Part shown: positions 62,911-64,000 of the stretch, piece by piece | Layout of the letters: each line of letters begins with the position of its first letter | How positions within the stretch are numbered: the first letter of the stretch is position 1 | The notes under the pieces: generated by a model | What the model saw: only the letters and a program-made list of their open reading frames with translations | What the model was told of the DNA's origin: nothing | Database searches by the model: none | Position numbers and translations under genes: made by a program | Source of the DNA: the human T2T-CHM13v2.0 reference genome, Homo sapiens | Assembly: GCF_009914755.1 (NCBI RefSeq) | Contig: NC_060928.1 | DNA length: 64,000 bases | Direction: 5' to 3' (one strand)

Positions 62911-64000
62911 ACATCCAAGTGAAGATGTCAATGAGGCAGTTGGATGCACAAGTTTGTATTTGGAGGATGGTCTGGGCAGGAGGTATACATTTGAAAGTCA
63001 TCAGGGTATCAGTGGTATTTTCAGCCATGAGCTTGGATGAGATCACCATGGAATGGCCACTGCTTGCAACTAAAAATCTGGTGTAGAGTGCAGAAGAAAA
63101 GTAGAAGATTCACAGACGTAACACACTGATAAAATGATCATTCTGGGCTACAGCTTACTCAGAGGGAAGAGACCTCCAATGGGCAGGTGAGGAAAATAGA
63201 GTAATGTGGGTACATGGTTGTGCCAGGGGTCTGAACTACTGCTCACAAATACCAAAGCCATAGTTAACCTCTCAGAGAATGTGTGGCCAAATTAACTCCC
63301 TGGGCCCAGCCCCAGCTGTCTGTCATAAATGACTCAAGCCTCCTCCAGTACCAAAGCCCTTACATGAGTTACAACGCTGAGGTCATCCCTGAGCTGATTT
63401 ACTGCCCTGAACATAATTTTATATGTATGCTTTCTCCAACCACATCACTTTCGCTCTTATACTCAGCTTCAGTGATTCATAAAAGCTCCTGGATCATAAT
63501 AGTTATAATGATGACCATGATGATCCCAATTCTCTGAGCATGGCCAAAGGGCAAGCTATCATAAACCCAAAAGAAAGAGGAAAACTCTCCACAGGCAGCT
63601 CCAGGGTAGAAGAGAAGGCAGACTTGATCCCTCGTGGCCATCCACTCCTCACACCAACTTTACTGTCAGCATGGTTCTCCACAAGTGTGTGACCTGGGAC
63701 TTGAACATGGAAGTCATAGGACCCAATTTATGGGGTGTAGGAGATGATAAAATGTGTGGGTTGTAATGGATGGAGAAGAGTTTCTACTATGTCAAGTGCA
63801 TATTTGCTAGCATTACTATTCTTACCACTAAGACCACTGCTCCTGTCAGCTCCACCAACATCATCATCATCACCATCACCAGAGAGAGAGATTTTACAGT
63901 AGCACATGCAGAAGTCTAATCCACAACCTCCCATCATTTCCTCCTCTCCTGCCCACTCCAAAGCCTAGACTATAGGAGCAGCCAAAACATGCCTTGGGCA

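Overview
Primate, very probably human, non-coding genomic DNA (AT-rich, CpG-depleted, containing AluY/AluS, L1PA, THE1 and MER11). I could not recognise any host protein-coding exon, RNA gene or CpG island, so this is probably deep intron or intergenic sequence; the locus cannot be named from sequence alone. Much of the window is transposon-derived. The only real coding sequence is decayed LINE-1 ORF1/ORF2. The main structure is an ~11 kb nest at 48.75-59.87 kb: a MER33 DNA transposon interrupted by an MLT1 LTR and by an L1PB, which holds a full-length L1PA7-like element, which holds a MER11 solo LTR, with target-site duplications (TSDs) readable at each level. The most unusual observations are (i) a ~250 bp copy of nearby unique DNA pasted into the middle of an Alu, with fold-back and stutter junctions (35.07-35.34 kb; donor 36.03-36.29 kb), and (ii) an L1PB-AluJ fusion bounded by one shared TSD. 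A few repeat-free stretches look like candidate regulatory elements. I found no evidence for a new multi-gene biological system. Repeat subfamily names come from recalled consensus sequences and need RepeatMasker/Dfam confirmation; boundaries of old repeats are approximate.
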